A stretch of 64,000 bases of DNA from Octopus sinensis (Eukaryota), in contig NC_043019.1 of the NCBI RefSeq assembly GCF_006345805.1, positions 15,499,360-15,563,359 on the forward strand. The letters run 5' to 3'. The notes beneath the pieces were generated by a model that had not been told where the DNA came from, did not search any database, and saw only the letters and a list, made by a program, of their open reading frames with translations. The position numbers were made by a program, and so were the translations under genes. Shown piece by piece: positions 14,780-27,078 of this stretch (position 1 is its first letter; each line of letters starts with the position of its first letter).

Positions 14780-16189
14780 TGTGTGTGTGTGCGTGTGTGT
14801 ATTTGTTCCCAGAATAAGTACTAGGGGTCTATTCAATTAAAGCCCTTCAAGGTGGTGCCCCAATATGGTAGCAGTCCAATGACTGAAACAAGTAAAATGG
14901 GGGAAAGAATGGCTGCTACTGTAGTAAACCTACATAGAGAAATTCTTCTGTAGAAATAGCAATACAAAGTAACAATAAGACTACTTTTGATAACACATAG
15001 CAGAATGGTTTAATAGTTATCACTGTTTAACTGCAAGTTGGTTCTGGCAAGGTAGATCTATACTGAAAGGCATTCTAGCCATGACCACCCAGTACTATAT
15101 TATCCAATATATCCTGCGTTTTTTTTTTAAAGGCATTTGAAGAAGATTTGGCTGCTATCACTGCTGAGTTGAGTGACCCTGTAGAACAGTGTTTCCCAAT
15201 AGGGGATGCAACAATTCATTTCAGATTTGGGGAAAGTGTGTAAGATACAAATACAAACTACTTTGACTATAACTACAGCAGATTTAAGGCAGTGCGTTGG
15301 CTGATTCAACTTGTCATTAAGAGGATGTTGGACTTACAACAGGTCATAAAATACAAATGTAGATGTACTCTCATCACCGTCATAGGCTAATGAATCAATG
15401 TGTTGCGAACATAGCTTTGTTTTGAAGGAGAAGTAAATTCTCTTATGATGAAACAATAACACTCCTGTTGGAATCTGCCAGAACATATTAAGAATAAATA
15501 TGCAAGTCATCACTGTGTGTATATGTGTACATATAAAAAAAAAAAACTAGCACACACACATACAGACAGACACATACTTTGACTACCACTAAGGAAGGTT
15601 TAAAGAGAGGGTGTTAGCTGATATGACTTGTCATCAAAGAGGTACTGGACTAACAAAACATGAAATACCAATGTAAGAGGAAACATCATTCATTGGCTTA
15701 CTTAGCATGTAGATATGTGTGTGTGTGTATTAAGATTACTACTAAGGAAGACTTTAAAAAAGGGGTGTTGGCTGATTTGGCTTGTCATCAAAGAGGTGCT
15801 GGATTAACAAAACCATATGAAATCCTGGTGCAGAGGCATCTTTGTCGGTTTACTAAACATACATACACAAACCTAAAACAAGAGACCTGATCCTAGAAGT
15901 GGCTGTTTAGCACCAGTTCAGCCCTGACAAGCAGACCCGTACCATGGATGTACTAGCTGTGATCAGTGTCTACTTTCTCAGTCTATCTAAAACTAAATAA
16001 ATCACTGAATGTTCTTTCTTTGAGAGAGAGAGAGAGCATTGTTGGACATTTCAGTGCTAGATTCTCTCTTAGCTGCTTGCGCACACAGCTTTAGTCAACC
16101 AAAGTAAATTTTTTACTACTTTTGTGCCTATATTTCTAATGAAATGCACTGCCTAAATATATTTAATTTCCTACAGAGTATGTAGGTAT

Positions 16190-16400
16190 TTTGAAAATAC
16201 CTCACAGAATGACAACTGTGCCCTGTATAGTTATGGGCTGCCCTTTGGTAGGGAATAGAACCCTTTCAGTCACCCTGCAAGGCATATTGAAGTCATGGGA
16301 TTGCAGCATGGTGGATTGTGAAGAGGCAGAGGAAGAACCCACCAGAGCCAACAATGCTTCGTACATTGATGCTGAGTAGAGGAATCCTAGAAGATCAATG
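16190..16400 (+). mobile_element. RTE LINE 3' end fragment
   Basis: Degenerate C-terminal RTE-like peptide. Similar 3' fragments occur near 28190-28330 (+), 29720-30090 (+) and 60660-60860 (-). Confidence 0.5.
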
Positions 16401-17063
16401 GCCAGGATTACCAAGCTTTATCAAGAGATCAACTGCCAAGCAATCATAGGGGCAGCCTCCATGGTTGTGTAATCAGCTACTGAAAATGTAAAGTTACCTT
16501 CTTCATATGGGCTGGTTTCCAAGGCATGTAAATTCCACACCAGGACAGGACGCCAAATGAAGTGCTCTGCTCAAGGGCACAACACATCACCCAGTCCAGG
16601 AATTGAAACCACTATTTTATGAGGAGTCGAACACCCTAACCACTAAGCCATGTGCCTCGACAGCTAATGAAAGGTTCATTAGGACTCAAGCACCCAAATT
16701 CAAATATGAATAACAAAGTAGGGTAATGACAAAGAGTCAGAGGAATTTGTGCAATCAGCGTAACCATTACTGTTTTTGTTGGGAGGGGTGAAGAGGCAGA
16801 CACACATTTAGTCTTTGGTAACCTATAGAGCTAATAGTTTGCACATGCAACTATTCTCACCCATCCTGGCTTCAACATCCACTTTTAAACTTGTCATTTT
16901 TTTGGCATAACCAGAAGAAAGGTGTCCACAACCTTCTGCAGGATGGCCAAGATTGCAGATAGGGTGAAGTCATTCTCAGATTAACAGACAAATTTAATAG
17001 TAATGTTAATTTTAACTTGAAAATATTGTACATACAAAAAGCTGAGTTAGTACTATAACTCAC

Positions 17064-17084
17064 CTGAAATAGTTACTAGAACTG
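17064..17084 (-). other. Candidate 21-nt (or 18-nt, via NAGNAG) in-frame Rac1 microexon
   Basis: Minus strand reads catgtcacag|CAGTTCTAGTAACTATTTCAG|gtgagt. It is frame-preserving with no stop and lies 79 nt after exon 2. Confidence 0.35.
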
Positions 17085-17162
17085 CTGTGACATGTAAATA
17101 ATGCAGATAATCAATATATGTTGTAATAAAAGCAAATCAATTGAGTTAACAAAGTGAACTTA

Positions 17163-17276
<114 letters not shown>

Positions 17277-17730
17277 TCACAGCAATATTGAGAGAAATAA
17301 CAAAATTTTAATACCAGGCATGAAACATTCATAATAATTATAACATAAAAATAAATGCTGCAACCTGGATTTTAAAGTGTGTGTGCGTGGGTGTGTGTAA
17401 TCATTTTATATAGACAGCTGTGTGCAAGGTTTTACCAAAAAAAGAAGAAAAAAAGAAAAACTATAATTGTCACTAAAGATGACTAAGGTGTTAGAACAAC
17501 TACATAGCTAGAAATAAGAGCTAAAAAGCTCTAATGCTGTAGTTAAAGCACATAACTGTATATAAGATATAGATAGATAGATATATAGTGAATGAATAGG
17601 GATAATAGATCCAGGTGAGTATTGTTCAAGCACTCTAGTAAAATCCAAGTTTTGGCTAACCACATTGGATGATATAGAATAACTTGGGATTATTTAAGGT
17701 AAACAATCACATGGTATATAATAGTGACAT

Positions 17731-18210
17731 CCAAGCTGGTGGAACCATTAGCACGCTGGGCGAAATGCTTAGCGGTATTTCGACTATGTTCTGAGAAGGC
17801 AGCGAGCTGGCAGAAACGTTAGCACACCGGGTGAAATGCTTTGTGGTATTTCGTCTGCCGCTACGTTCTAAGTTCAAATTCCGCCGAGGTTGACTTTGCC
17901 TTTCATCCTTTCGGGGTCGATTAAATAAGTACCAGTTACGCATTGGGGTCGATATAATCGACTTAATCCCTTTGTCTGTCCTTGTTTATCCTCTCTGTGT
18001 TTAGCCCCCTTGTGGGTAGTAAAGAAATAGGTATTTTGTCTATGTTCTGAGTTCAAATTCCACCGATGTCGACTTTGCCTTTCATCCTTTCGGGGTTGAT
18101 AAATTAAGTACCAATTGTGTACTGGGGTCGATTTGTCGACTGCCCCACCACCACCACCACCACCACCTCCCAATATTCCAGGCCTTGTGCCTATAGAGGA
18201 AAGGATTAGT
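17731..18210 (+). mobile_element. SINE family C: young copy 17796-18029 nested in, or tandem with, an older copy
   Basis: A near-consensus CpG-rich copy is flanked by a 22-bp duplication (17774-17795 and 18030-18051). Confidence 0.8.
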
Positions 18211-18532
18211 GATGTCACAGAGTGTCTCATCTGGTAGGTAAATCCGGAGTTTGCTTCATTGGATTATAAATAGCTAATATCTTTATTTTAAGGTGGACAA
18301 TTATATCTAAACCAGTAATGAATTTGAAATCAAAATTATGCACAAGACAGTAATTCTTTTGCATGACAAAAGTTCTGCCTAGTTAACACCAAAAATAGGA
18401 AGAAAAGAAAGGAATAACACCGCATGCATGTGCATTTTTGAACTGGTTTCAGCCTCAGAATTGCATCCAAACTGGGAGTTTCATCTTCAAAAGCTTTTGT
18501 TAATTATACAAACCCTTGTACTTGGTACTTAC

Positions 18533-18762
18533 TTCATCAATCTGGTTAGATACAAATGAAAAAGTTTTTCTTGGTGTAAAAGGGATGGAACTATCATATG
18601 AATGGTGTTTGACCATTCCTCACCAATATACAGTAGATTGTTATCATCTATGAAATGTTGCATATCATTTGACTTTGCTTCAACAGTGTTTGTGGTAAAA
18701 AGGAGCCTACCGGAAGTGTTACCCAGTGGAAACATGGCAGCAAACAGCTTTGTCAAACTCAT
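18533..18762 (-). other. Candidate alternative first exon of Rac1 with an in-frame ORF, plus an intronic promoter-like module
   Basis: Donor GAA|GTAAGT (exon ends 18533). The 76-codon ORF is stopped only by the TAA inside the donor and is phase 2, in frame with exon 2. CCGGAAGTG at 18710-18718, AAACATGGCAGC at 18730-18741 and local CpGs are present. Confidence 0.4.
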
Positions 18763-20699
18763 TTTATATATATATATATATATACACACACAATCTCATG
18801 CCCTCTTCGTTAAATGGAGAAGCGGTGACGAGCGACAATTCTGTAAATAATAATAAGCTTATATATATATATATATATATATATACATACGTGTTCGAAC
18901 AAAACTTTACAAGAATTTTGTATAATTTGAATGCTAAAAGTAGCAGACTATTCATTGAATTCCAGGCAACCAATTCTCAAGAGGTATCATGCTAACTCAA
19001 TACCCCTCAAAATAATTTTGAACAAGTTCTAACATTTTATAACATTCATTAGGAAACAAAGTATGATTCTTCTGAAATAATGTTTTAAAAAATAAAAAAA
19101 ATTCAAAATGGCATAAGGGAAATGATAATCCTTAGAAAGACCTCACATCCATATTTCTAACACTATAAACTATGCTTTAATATTGATTTTGGAAATAATC
19201 AAGTATTTGAAAAGCTTGGAGCCACATAGACATCTCATCTCTAATATCTATCGCTTTGCAGCTTCTACTGATAATTCTCTCCCTCCACTGCTAAATTTGA
19301 GTAACCATGCTGCTTTACAAGAAGCTGCTCTGTCCCACCACCTTGTCTCGTACTTTAACCCTTCATCCCCTAACATAAAGCTGACCCCACCAGCACCAAC
19401 CCATCCCTCAGGATTTGTTGTCTTGCAAGCTGCATGCCAACCTCAGTAGTGCAGGTAGCACAGCAAAAGCATCCAGTACACATTGTAAAGTGTTAGGCAT
19501 TAGGAAAGGCATCCATCCATAGAAACCATGCCAAAACAGACACTGAAGTGTGATGCCGTCCTTGGACCCATCAAATCCTGTCAACCCGTCCAACCCATGC
19601 TGGGAGATTAAATGAGGAGGATAGAGAAGCCAGGTATCTCCTATTCAGCAAGCAGTTTGCCTTTGTCTCCCTGTCATACTTTAACCTCACAAGACCTGGC
19701 ACAAAGCCAGCTCCCTCAATACTGCACTGCCATGCAAACAAGGGGTCTTGTCTTGTGAGTTACTTGGTGACCTCACCAGTGCCAGTGCCTTTAAAACAAA
19801 GCACCCAGTACATCCTATAAAAAGGTTGCTAGTCAGAGAAACCAGGCCAAAGCAGACAGAGTTTGCAGTAGTCCTCGGGCTTAATGGATCCAGATGAGCC
19901 TTCAAACCCATGCTACCATAAAAAACAAATGTTAAACAATGATGATATAAATATTACTGTATCAAATCACTGGTTGGAACATAAAAAGGTTCTAGTAAAA
20001 TTGCAAATAGAGGATTCTTATATAAAGATTTTAAAATAGATACATCTTTATACTACAAAACCAGTGGTGCACAAGAGGCTGGTTGATACCAAATACGTTA
20101 AATGAAAATTATCTCAGAAATAAATATCTTAACCCGTTTGATATTAACCCACCCAAGACAAAACCTGGTTTTATGTAACAAACTGTTTTAAAAGGTCTAA
20201 ATTAAAAACCTTCAAAGGGTCAAATCCAACTTCTTCTACTCCAGTGAAAAAAAAAAAACCTCCATTTACAAAAATACCACTAAGCATTTTGTCCAATGCA
20301 TTAACAAGTCTATCTTGTCGAGGTCAAAGCCTTCTCATTTCACCAGGATTTTAAAAAAATGAGTATTACAGTATACAACAACGGAGTTATTTTCCTGGAT
20401 CAATTGCAATATCTGCTTAATAATTACATATACACACACTCATTACAACAGAAATCCATGCACCACTGCAGATAAATGGAATAATATGCTTGATCTTACA
20501 GTGATAAGTCTCATTGATTAATGGAGGGCTGAGTAGTTTATTTCAACCTTGGTATTTAACTGATACTCATTTTATTGACCCCAGAAGGGTGAACACTGAA
20601 AGACCTTAGATTTTTAATTCAGAAGATTAAATAGCTGGCCATCAAAAAATAAAAGTATTTTTTAAAAATTGAAAAACAGTTAACTAAATTATGACTGGG

Positions 20700-21790
20700 A
20701 AATAGCAGTTTACTCAAAATAACTGCCCTCAGCTTCCACCATGGCCTCCAGAAAGCTCCGGAATCTGGCACACATGCCTTTCCCACTGTGTCCCTGGGAA
20801 AATCTTCAAACACTTGATATTGGCCAGCAGCTTGGCCTTGGAGTAGCAGGCAGAGCAGTAATCCAAGGGATTATAATCAGGGGAATTAAGAAGTCAGAAA
20901 TTAGGGCTGGTGAAATTGTAGGAATTATCCAACAACCCCTTTTGACTCTTTCCAGAGTTATAAGCAAAAAGCTGAATCCTACTGCCACACATGGGGTTCC
21001 AGCAGCTTCACAAAGCCATCTGAATTGAGCCTAAAGCTCAGTTCGAAGATGTGGGGTGACATGATGTTACACTCACTGGAGACACATCAAAAGACCATCA
21101 CAGTTTGGAGAAAATTGGTTTTCAGATGCGAGACATCACATGGATTGTAGACAAGCCCCCTGTTGTATTGCGTGTTGTGCCACTGGATCTGGCAGCAGTT
21201 CTTTTCATTTGAAAAGAACCAGATCATCCCCGACTCAACAGGATGCCTCAGCTTGTTCAGGAGCTTCTTTGCCTTTGTTAAGTAGTTTTCCTGGGCCTTA
21301 GCAGTCCCCCTGCACCTCTTGTATGAGTGGTTATAAAAGTCCCACTTTAGTGCCAACTTCATGGTGGTAGCTCCAACACCCACCTCTCTCGTCACAACCT
21401 GGATTCCCCGATTCAAATTTTCCATCATCTTGTTTTGCAGTTGTTGGATGAATACCAGCATGCGGATGCAGTCAGAATATCTTGTGACCCTTCCTGCTAT
21501 CCATAGCTTCATAGTCTTTGTTACAGCTGTCCATATCATGTCTTGCAGCCTTTACGGCATTCACAGAACACTGAAAAGTAGTCATGATGTTAGCATTTTG
21601 ATACCTAGCACAAATCATGACACAGGTAACTCTTTTCCAATATTCAGATGGCTTCCAGTCCTCCATGCCGGCTAACTTTTTCTCAACTACAACTTCAATC
21701 CTTAAGCTCTCCAACGTTGTTGACTGTTCACCAATACATTGAGCTGTTCCTGAAAAAAAAACTGTCAAATTTAGCTGAACATCCTGCATA
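20700..21790 (-). mobile_element. Degenerate DD37D (maT) Tc1/mariner transposon
   Basis: Minus-strand ORF 21087-21539 contains IWFFSNEKN..TNFLQTVMVF. Downstream QxDSA..NSPDYNPLDY places 37 residues between the 2nd and 3rd Asp once one frameshift is corrected. Stops are present. Confidence 0.85.
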
Positions 21791-22240
21791 TGTATGAAGG
21801 CATGTGACCAACTGGCTATAGGGTTGCACTCACAATCATAAGATCATGGTATCAAATCTCTAACAGGCTGTGCATTGTTTTTGAGCAAATATCTCATTTC
21901 ACGTAGCTCCAGTCTATTCAGCCGTAAAAAGGTAACCCTATGATGGACTGCTGATCCATTTAGGGGAAATATTAGCTTACCTACTTAACCAGTGGGGTGG
22001 CAATCACTCAAAAGCTCAAACAAGGCCAAGTGCATTGTGACCAGCGATGTTTCACAACGCCTAATAAGTCTCATTGATACTGTTACATATATATGATCAA
22101 TAGGTACAGTCATGGATGTCTGGTTGAGAAACTTTGCTTTTCAGCCTTGTGCTCTCAAGTTCAGTCCCATTGTGTGGCACCTTGAGAAAAATGTCTTCTT
22201 CTATAGCCTTGAGCTAACCAAAACCTTGTGAGTGGATTTG

Positions 22241-22389
22241 GAAGAGTCATTTTCTTTTTGTGCCTTATATTGACTATTGAAAAGGTTGCAAGACAATGAA
22301 AATTTTAGGAAAATAAAAATAAAAAATAAGTGGAAATTTTACCGGGGAGTGTGTTAAATTATAAGGCACAAAAAGAAAATGACTCTCCC
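22241..22389. mobile_element. About 145-bp MITE with 27-bp perfect TIRs inserted into a SINE family A copy
   Basis: agagtcattttctttttgtgccttata (22243-22269) is the exact reverse complement of 22360-22386. Confidence 0.85.
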
Positions 22390-22398
22390 TAGACAACA

Positions 22399-22447
<49 letters not shown>

Positions 22448-23356
22448 TACCAGGTTTGGAAAGAATCTGAGATGGCAAAACTGATTTCATGTGGTATGAT
22501 GAAATTCTTACAGTATGGTATTCATTACATATTTATCTCCTGTTAAATGTGATCATTTCTTTTCAACATTTGATCATATTTCAGATCTGTCTTTCAGAAT
22601 TATCTTTAACAAATTCAACATTATCTATGAGCAACTACTGCCTGAACATGATAGCATAGCTAAAAACCATCAGATTTTCAACATATGCAAGCCAGATCCT
22701 CCCATGGGACATTTTGTGATCGCCAAACATTCACACAATTTGGGTTTATATTCCAAAAGAAATAAATTGCTTCAGCTGTGCATGGTCCTCTAAAAAGCAC
22801 AAATATGCCCCATATTTGATTATTACTTCATCTAGTTTATCATACCATGTGGGATCACACTCCTCACTAGCAAGCATTCCTACATGGCCAACAAGAAATA
22901 GCAGCCAAATCACACAACACTTTTAGAAACCAGGACACATTTGATAATCTCTTGCATATGGCACGCACGGCTGAGAAAAGAAAGGAATGCCTTTTGATTA
23001 TTGGCCATCTCATTCAGAGACAAGTTGGCAGCTAAAAACAAGTTACCAATTGTCAAGTTATGTCCTTTTATTTTTTCTCCTGTTACAATTATTCTCTGCT
23101 CTTGTGAACATCCTGCCTACAAAGGACTGACTGAAATCCAATTTCATATATGTACCAAACTCACTATTTTTATTTTTATTTCTAATTAATCGGTTAATTT
23201 CTTGATGTATTTACTTGCTCCCCCACCATTAATATTTAGTTTGCTTTGATGTTGATTAGTCAGTCGGTTCTCCAGAGCATACCTGCAATAAAAGGCATTC
23301 CAGCTGTAGTTAATATCCACTACCAGTCTACATTATCCAATATATCCTGCCTTTAG

Positions 23357-23576
23357 CCCTTCAGCATTCAGATTTCTTTGTCAAATGCATTGCCTATTTA
23401 TTCATATTGTTTTGAATTAATCATGCATTATCTTGTAGTTTCAAGATTTCAATGGTGTGCTTGAATATTTTTAGAATGGCATTGTAGAGTAAGTGTGAAA
23501 TGTTGGATCTGGCCTGTGTTAAAATAAAACAGGTAGAATACTTGGGCCAGGTATGGCCAGATTAAATGCCAAAGGG
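23357..23576. mobile_element. piggyBac-like MITE (CCC..GGG ends, TTAA-type target), 220 bp
   Basis: Left end tta(g)|cccttcagcatt and right end aatgccaaaggg|ttaa. Further copies occur near 1602-1820, 32660-32893 and 38950-39175. Confidence 0.75.
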
Positions 23577-23639
23577 TTAAGAGAGCAGGACAAACCTTTG
23601 CAACTAGTGTGCTGTCGAACATTTGTGAGTTGCATGAGA

Positions 23640-24050
23640 CCTACAGGTGTGCCATTTATTGAGGTAGGTCAAAAAAATACTAGAATAGTTAGGAAAACTA
23701 TTTTTAATGCGTCATACTGCTGTATGTGCGTTCGTTTGCAACATAATACAATGTATACATCCGTGTGGGTTTTAAAATCAATTTTAACGCTTGTTACTTA
23801 TAAGACTTCAAAAGAACATTACTTGCAGAAGCACTTTGAAAAACTTGAGTGTACCACAGACAAAAAAGGTTGAAAATTGTCGAAGTTGGTTGCGATTTGA
23901 GGGTGGCTAGCTACTATTTCTAACAGGTCAATTAACCACAAGTCACATGGTAGAGTGGTGTTGTATGTATTATGAATCAGTTTGGGACAACGGAATGCAT
24001 ACAGCAATTCTATAGACAATTCAACAAGGCTCATTCACTGTTCATTAAAA
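23640..24050 (+). mobile_element. Internally deleted mariner transposase fragment
   Basis: Remnant peptide ENCRSWLRFEGG resembles the mariner HTH region, followed by a degenerate catalytic-domain segment. Confidence 0.5.
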
Positions 24051-27000
24051 CGTATTTTACATTAGCCATGGGACTTCTGAAATATCTTCACATTTCTCTT
24101 ATTGCTATCTCTTTTATGGTTCAATTACAGGGGAAAGAGCAATGTAAATAACCTTTTTTTCCTATGTTTCTGAGATTGGCTGGGAAAAAGGAAAAAGCCA
24201 GAAATCAAGCAGTGAGAAGCTGCTGCAGTTGGCAGCAAATATCACGATACGGGGGTCATCTATAGACTAGAGAGGGTCTGAAGAATTACAGGGTGTTGTA
24301 TGCTGCAAATTATTTTTGGTTGAAATTTCCTCTCTTGGAGAAAAACAAGAAACTTAGCAGCAATCATTAGCAACTTTCAATGAAAAGAGATAATATAAAG
24401 AAATGAATTTCAGTTAATTGACATATTTAGTGGGAATAAAGTCTGAAATTTAGTTTGTAAAGAGACCAGAAAGAATATGTTTGAGTCTATTAGACCTCAT
24501 CAGCATAATGCTAAAATCTACCAGTTGTTTGACAGATTTTTACAAATAGAAAAGGAAATAAATTATTTTGTCACTACAATTTGCAATATTAAAAATATGA
24601 GTTGAGGAAAACCAAAGTGTGATCAAAGCTTGCAACAATTTGGACTCTGCTAAAGATATCCCCTCCCCTACTGCACGGTGGTGGTATTGTAGGAAGCAGT
24701 AGCTTGACCAGGGTGGTAAGATTAAAACAGTAGGTTTGGCTATACTATGGCTGATAGTTTTAAACACAAGATGTTGCTGTCAGAGTCCTAAAACACTAAA
24801 AACTCAGACACCCACTCACATTTTGTTGAATGTTAACTGATATTTTATATATTTATCGTATTTACTTCATTAAAAAAAAAAAAAAAGTTTTTCTCTTCCA
24901 CAATCTTAGGACAATAACTCCATAGTTCACGAAAAGGTGTTCCTTCATATGTTTATCTCCATCACTAGTGGTGGCTGTATTTATGATTTTATACACTAAG
25001 TTCATTGTCATGTTTTGTAGACGAAGGCTTGTGGCAAATTAACATTTTTAGACCAGCACAAATGCCTACTTTATTGTTTCCAGGAAATACAATTTGCTAA
25101 TATACTTACATACATATGTGTGTGCCTCTCCAACCCATACCAGGATAGAAATATATATATATATTGATTAGTTATAGGCTCCATTAGAATCTAGGCACAC
25201 CAACATATAGGATGCCAGAAGTGGCTAGGTCCAATAACATAGGTTTCACAGTGAAATAAGACAACCATGAAGTTATGTGTTGGTAAAATACAGTAGATAT
25301 GCAAGTACCAAATCCAATTTAAACCACAAATCTGACTCAGGACTGGTTCTAGGTATGGCATGTTCTCTCTCTCTCTCTCTTTCTCATATATAGGTACAGG
25401 TGTACCAATATGGTTAAGAAGTTGGCTTCCTAACCTCATGACTTGTAAAACAGCCCTGGGCCAACCAATGTGAATTTGGTGGACAGAAACTGAAAGAAGC
25501 CCTGAACAATGTCTCTCACAATTAATTACTCAGTAACAGGTGTTGATTTGTTTATCTCCCTGTAACTGAGCAGTTTGGCAAAAGAGACCAATAGAATAAG
25601 TACCAGACTTCAAACAAATACTGGAGCCGATTTGTTCAACTGAATCCTTTGAAACAGTACCCCAGCATGGTTGCAGCCCAATGACTGAAACTTGTTTTTC
25701 TTTTTACTTTTTGACATCAAAAAAGGTTTTCGCACAGAATGACCTAAATATCAAATATTTGACATTAATTAGAAGCCGATTGAAATATGAATGAACATAA
25801 ATAGAAATTATTGCAGTCAACAGGATATAAATATGTAATGAATACCATACTGCAAGAAGTTCTTTATGAATTGACATCATGAACCACTTCACTTCATAGA
25901 GAGAGAGATAAAAAGAGCTATATAGTTGTTAGACTGGCTACAAGTAGAAGCTAAACCTCCTTCAAGCACAATCCTACTGCCTGGGAGAAAGAAAGGATAA
26001 TGTAGTCCTAGATATAACAAAGCTGGGATGGTCATATCTGGAATGTATTTGATCATAGATCTGATCAAGCAGAGGTGACCAGGAGGTTAAACACGATTTT
26101 TTGCCTAATCTAAAGCAACAACATTATAGAAAAACTTGAAAATTTAAAACTACATCAAAATGTGTTAAGAAGCTAGCTTTGGAACCATATGGCTCCAGGT
26201 TCAGTTCCACAGTGTGGCACCTTTGGGCTAACTAATGCCTTGTGAGTAGATTTGGCCAATGGAAACTAAGGGAAAGCTCTGAAAGACCCCCAACCCCTAC
26301 TTGACAACTGGTATTGGTTTGTGTCACCATAGCTTAGCGGTTTGGCAAAAAGAAACCAAAAACTAGACCCTTCAAGAAGGTGCACCAACATCATTGCAGT
26401 TCAATAACTGAAACAAGTAAAAGATGTGATCAAGATTTCCAATTTCCGAGCTGTAACTTAATTACCATAGCTTCCATCAATTTGATGGGTTCACCAATTC
26501 TACCCTGCAAAATGTCGATAATTCATACAACATTACTTTCTCCATGGAGATAATTTCACCTGACACCAATGTTCTCAAGTCTGTCCTCCTCGTCATGTCA
26601 CCCCAAAATATCCTTTGTTGATTGCACAACTAGAAATACCTTTCATGATATGTTTCCAGGCAATAATCAACATCCATTGAGCATATCCGAACCAACAATA
26701 GAGTTGATGAAATATCAAAGTGTTGCAGATTTAAAAAAAAAAAGTTTTTATTATTTACATCAATGCTACATTTTGATCTCTGACCATCAACTGGTGTTTT
26801 ATTCCAGGATATGTACAAGAGGCAACCATATACCAGTATGGAATGAAAACTCATAATTGATAGAGAACTGTGGTGCATCATCATCATTTAGCATCCATTC
26901 TCTATGCTGACATGGGTTAGATGGTTTGACTGGAAGTAGTAAGAATGAGAGCTATATCGGTCTCCAGTCACATTTGGCTTGGTTTCTACAGCTGGATGCC

Positions 27001-27078
27001 CTTCCTAACGTCAACCACTCCAAGAGTGTAGTGAGTGCCTTTTACATCTCACAGGCACCTAAGAAAAATCTAAGGTGG

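Noticed and set aside
21087-21539. 150-aa ORF as a possible domesticated transposase
   Set aside because: The first catalytic Asp is lost and the downstream region has stops and frameshifts, so it is a decayed element.
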